IMG/VR virus record: IMGVR_UViG_3300031688_000123
Span: 1 to 25,428 of that record
From: a virus
Lineage: Duplodnaviria; Caudoviricetes
Direction: 5' to 3' (one strand)
DNA length: 25,428 nt
Shown: piece by piece, positions 23,262 to 25,428 of the stretch
Layout: each line of letters begins with the position of its first letter
Numbering within the stretch: the stretch's first letter is position 1
Notes under the pieces: model-generated
Told to the model about the DNA's origin: nothing
Database searches by the model: none
Seen by the model: the letters and a program-made list of their open reading frames with translations, nothing else
Translations under genes and position numbers: made by a program

Positions 23262-24314
23262 CTAATATAGTCCTACTATTTTTGAGCTAATTTCTCTGGC
23301 TCTTTTACGGTCATCCTGAACATATCTTTTGACGCTTTCTAAACTTTTCCAGCCACCCACCATACGAATGTCTTCAAGATCAGCTCCGGCATTTTTAAGC
23401 CATGTTGCAAAGCTGTGACGTAACGTATGGAATACAAGCTTGTCCTCAGGAATTAACAGCTCTTCATCTCCTGAGCTACCCATAATATAGGTGTTGTACA
23501 TCCTTATAGAGGCATGCCACTTGAGTTTAGTTACCGCCGATGCTGTCATTGGCTTGCCAAGATAATTACTGTCTTCCTGAACAAACACATACTCCAGCGA
23601 TAGCTGAGGGTACTCAGCCTTTAGTCTATTTCTGACCGCAAGCCTATCTTTAAGAACCTCTGTCGCCAACTCATTAAGCTCAACATTGTGATCAGATCCG
23701 TTCTTAAGCTCACCCCCAGAAATATGCAGTCGGGTCAAATCCTTACTGACCTGTGACCACCTGAGACGAACAATGTTAGACTTTCTAAGACCTGTCGCTA
23801 AACCCATTCTCACAAAGTCTTTTCGCAGTGGATCAAGAAATCTCATCCACCCCTTCGCAACTTTAGTCGGCAAAAAATAATCCCTACCTTTTGTTGGAAG
23901 CCTTACAATCTTCGGAAACTTCCGAAATGAAACGTCTAAACTGTCATGGGCGTAATTGCACAACGACTTGAGGTACGTCAGGTATGTGTTGATTGCATCG
24001 TTACCTATCCCCTTGCCGCTCCGTAAGAGAGTCACCATCTTGGTGATATCGAGATTGGAAATGTCACCCATCTCCCGACCCTCAAAAATACCAGAGGTCT
24101 CATCCATCGAAATAACCTTATGCTTAAGCAACCGTGTTTTGGCTCCGTATGCAATAGGGCTTTTCCCGCCTTCTACTAAAATCATCAAAGGTCTTTTCGT
24201 ACACATCCACTCAAGCGAAGATACCGCGTTACTGCTTTTTACACGCCCAAGCTTTTTAGTTGGTTCAGCTAAGTACAACTGAGCCGCTTCTTCAAACAAG
24301 ATATTATCACTCAT
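23262..24314 (-). CDS. int: Tyrosine recombinase (phage integrase)
   Basis: Catalytic set TGLR, LKNG, FHTLRHSFA, GGW and KRY. Start is probably ATG 24314, with GGAG 6 nt upstream. Confidence 0.92.
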   Translation of the reverse strand: MSDNILFEEAAQLYLAEPTKKLGRVKSSNAVSSLEWMCTKRPLMILVEGGKSPIAYGAKTRLLKHKVISMDETSGIFEGREMGDISNLDITKMVTLLRSGKGIGNDAINTYLTYLKSLCNYAHDSLDVSFRKFPKIVRLPTKGRDYFLPTKVAKGWMRFLDPLRKDFVRMGLATGLRKSNIVRLRWSQVSKDLTRLHISGGELKNGSDHNVELNELATEVLKDRLAVRNRLKAEYPQLSLEYVFVQEDSNYLGKPMTASAVTKLKWHASIRMYNTYIMGSSGDEELLIPEDKLVFHTLRHSFATWLKNAGADLEDIRMVGGWKSLESVKRYVQDDRKRAREISSKIVGLY

Positions 24315-24367
24315 AAATTTCTCCATCGAGCGAAGCTATCCACACAAATCGAGGCTAGGATAGCATT

Positions 24368-24396
24368 ATTATAAAGGCAATTAAAAGGCCTCTAAA
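24368..24396 (-). promoter_or_regulatory. Candidate integrase promoter
   Basis: Minus strand TTTAGA (24396-24391), N17, TATAAT (24373-24368). Confidence 0.5.
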
Positions 24397-24641
24397 TTTA
24401 AGGGGTGGTCAACCCCCACGTTCCATTCACCATCATCGTTATAACTTTCAATACAAATTTCGTGACCAAAATCAATTAGAAAAACATGCGGGTAACCCAG
24501 TTCTCCCATATGAGAGTGCATTAATGAGTCGCTAGAAATCGGGGCAACCCTACAGTCACTTTTTGTTCTTAATGTAGTACTCCACTTGATCGCATTTATG
24601 TTTAAACCTAACTCCTGACTTATACTTTCCATAACGCTCAT
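24381..24641 (-). CDS. Hypothetical protein (86 aa)
   Basis: AAGGA RBS, ATG start, co-oriented with int. No motif recognised. Confidence 0.65.
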   Translation of the reverse strand: MSVMESISQELGLNINAIKWSTTLRTKSDCRVAPISSDSLMHSHMGELGYPHVFLIDFGHEICIESYNDDGEWNVGVDHPLNLEAF

Positions 24642-24759
24642 TGTTTATCCTTACATCGTATTATTATTAAAAGTCACCAATAAAAAGTAGCTCGTCGTCG
24701 CCATCAGTGAGCCAATCTGACCATGAAGCGGAACATACTCCGCCGGCGAGGGGGAAATC

Positions 24760-25164
24760 TCAATGTGCCGTTGTGCTTTGGTACTTCTTGATCACGTCGT
24801 CACGAATGATTCTGTAATCGCGGGGAGCAGAAAAGGCAAACGATGCCTGAGGAACTATCCGCTGCTTGCCTCCACCTCGCTCACACGTCTGGCAAAAAGC
24901 TTCCTTTATTTCGTAGTTCTTAACATGCTCAAGGCACACAGTAACGTCGTGATCTAAGCTAAGTTCGTCACCGCCGACCTTCAAAACATGCTCTTCCACG
25001 CGGCTGTTCTTTACGTCTACGTTGAGCAGTGCGTCGTTAATGTCACCCCAGCGCACTGTCCTTACCCAAATCCTGTGGTCATACGAACCCTCAAGATTTT
25101 CAGGATCAAGATTCCAGCCACCGTAAACAACGGTTCCAGCATGTCGTGTCAACTTTAAAGCCAT
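24760..25164 (-). CDS. CsrA/RsmA-like protein with internal expansion and CxxC
   Basis: GGAG RBS. N-terminal LKLTRHAG and C-terminal QASFAFSAPRDYRIIRDD match the CsrA terminal motifs. Confidence 0.55.
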   Translation of the reverse strand: MALKLTRHAGTVVYGGWNLDPENLEGSYDHRIWVRTVRWGDINDALLNVDVKNSRVEEHVLKVGGDELSLDHDVTVCLEHVKNYEIKEAFCQTCERGGGKQRIVPQASFAFSAPRDYRIIRDDVIKKYQSTTAH

Positions 25165-25173
25165 ATAAACTCC

Positions 25174-25428
25174 CTAAAACGGTATGTCGTCTTCGGCCAA
25201 TGCCTCTTCGGTCTTAGCTTGAGGCGCTTGAGTCGCAGGTCGCGCTACTGCAACTCCACCCTCATTTACAAATTGCTTAAGGCTGGGCTGACCCTTGATC
25301 CAACTATCTTGAATCTTTAAAAACTTACCGGAGTTGCTTTCCGCTAAAAACCCTTTCCAATTCATCCGCATAGCATCCTCCGCTTGAGCATCAAATCCTG
25401 CCTGAAGCCAATCGATTAAAGACTGGCT
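25174..25428 (-). CDS. SSB-like protein, C-terminal part (5'-truncated)
   Basis: Frame is open to the window end. A Pro/Ala/Gln linker precedes the acidic tail EDDIPF. Confidence 0.6.
   Translation of the reverse strand, partial: SQSLIDWLQAGFDAQAEDAMRMNWKGFLAESNSGKFLKIQDSWIKGQPSLKQFVNEGGVAVARPATQAPQAKTEEALAEDDIPF

Overview
This window is a 25.4 kb piece of a temperate, podovirus-like tailed phage genome, with no host genes visible. The + strand (1-22814) carries late/structural genes: three tandem three-gene receptor-binding cassettes (adaptor, adhesin, chaperone), two holin-like membrane proteins (one with an EF-hand loop), a tail tube/nozzle-like protein with an inserted cupredoxin-like domain, a J-like fibre and its chaperone, a GNAT, four ejection-type proteins, a 2815-aa polyvalent protein (zincin, HhH-glycosylase-like, ART-like and LPD38-like domains) and small membrane proteins. 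An intact attP follows: the 3' half of tRNA-Ala(GGC) with inverted IHF boxes and arm repeats, which suggests a gammaproteobacterial host. The - strand carries a tyrosine integrase, a hypothetical gene, a CsrA-like gene and a truncated SSB-like gene. The most striking signal is two small +1-frame ORFs overprinted inside the giant gene. Each has its own RBS and sigma70-like promoter and lies just downstream of an enzymatic module, so they are candidate hidden antidote or regulator genes. All family assignments come from motif recognition by eye; no database search was run.
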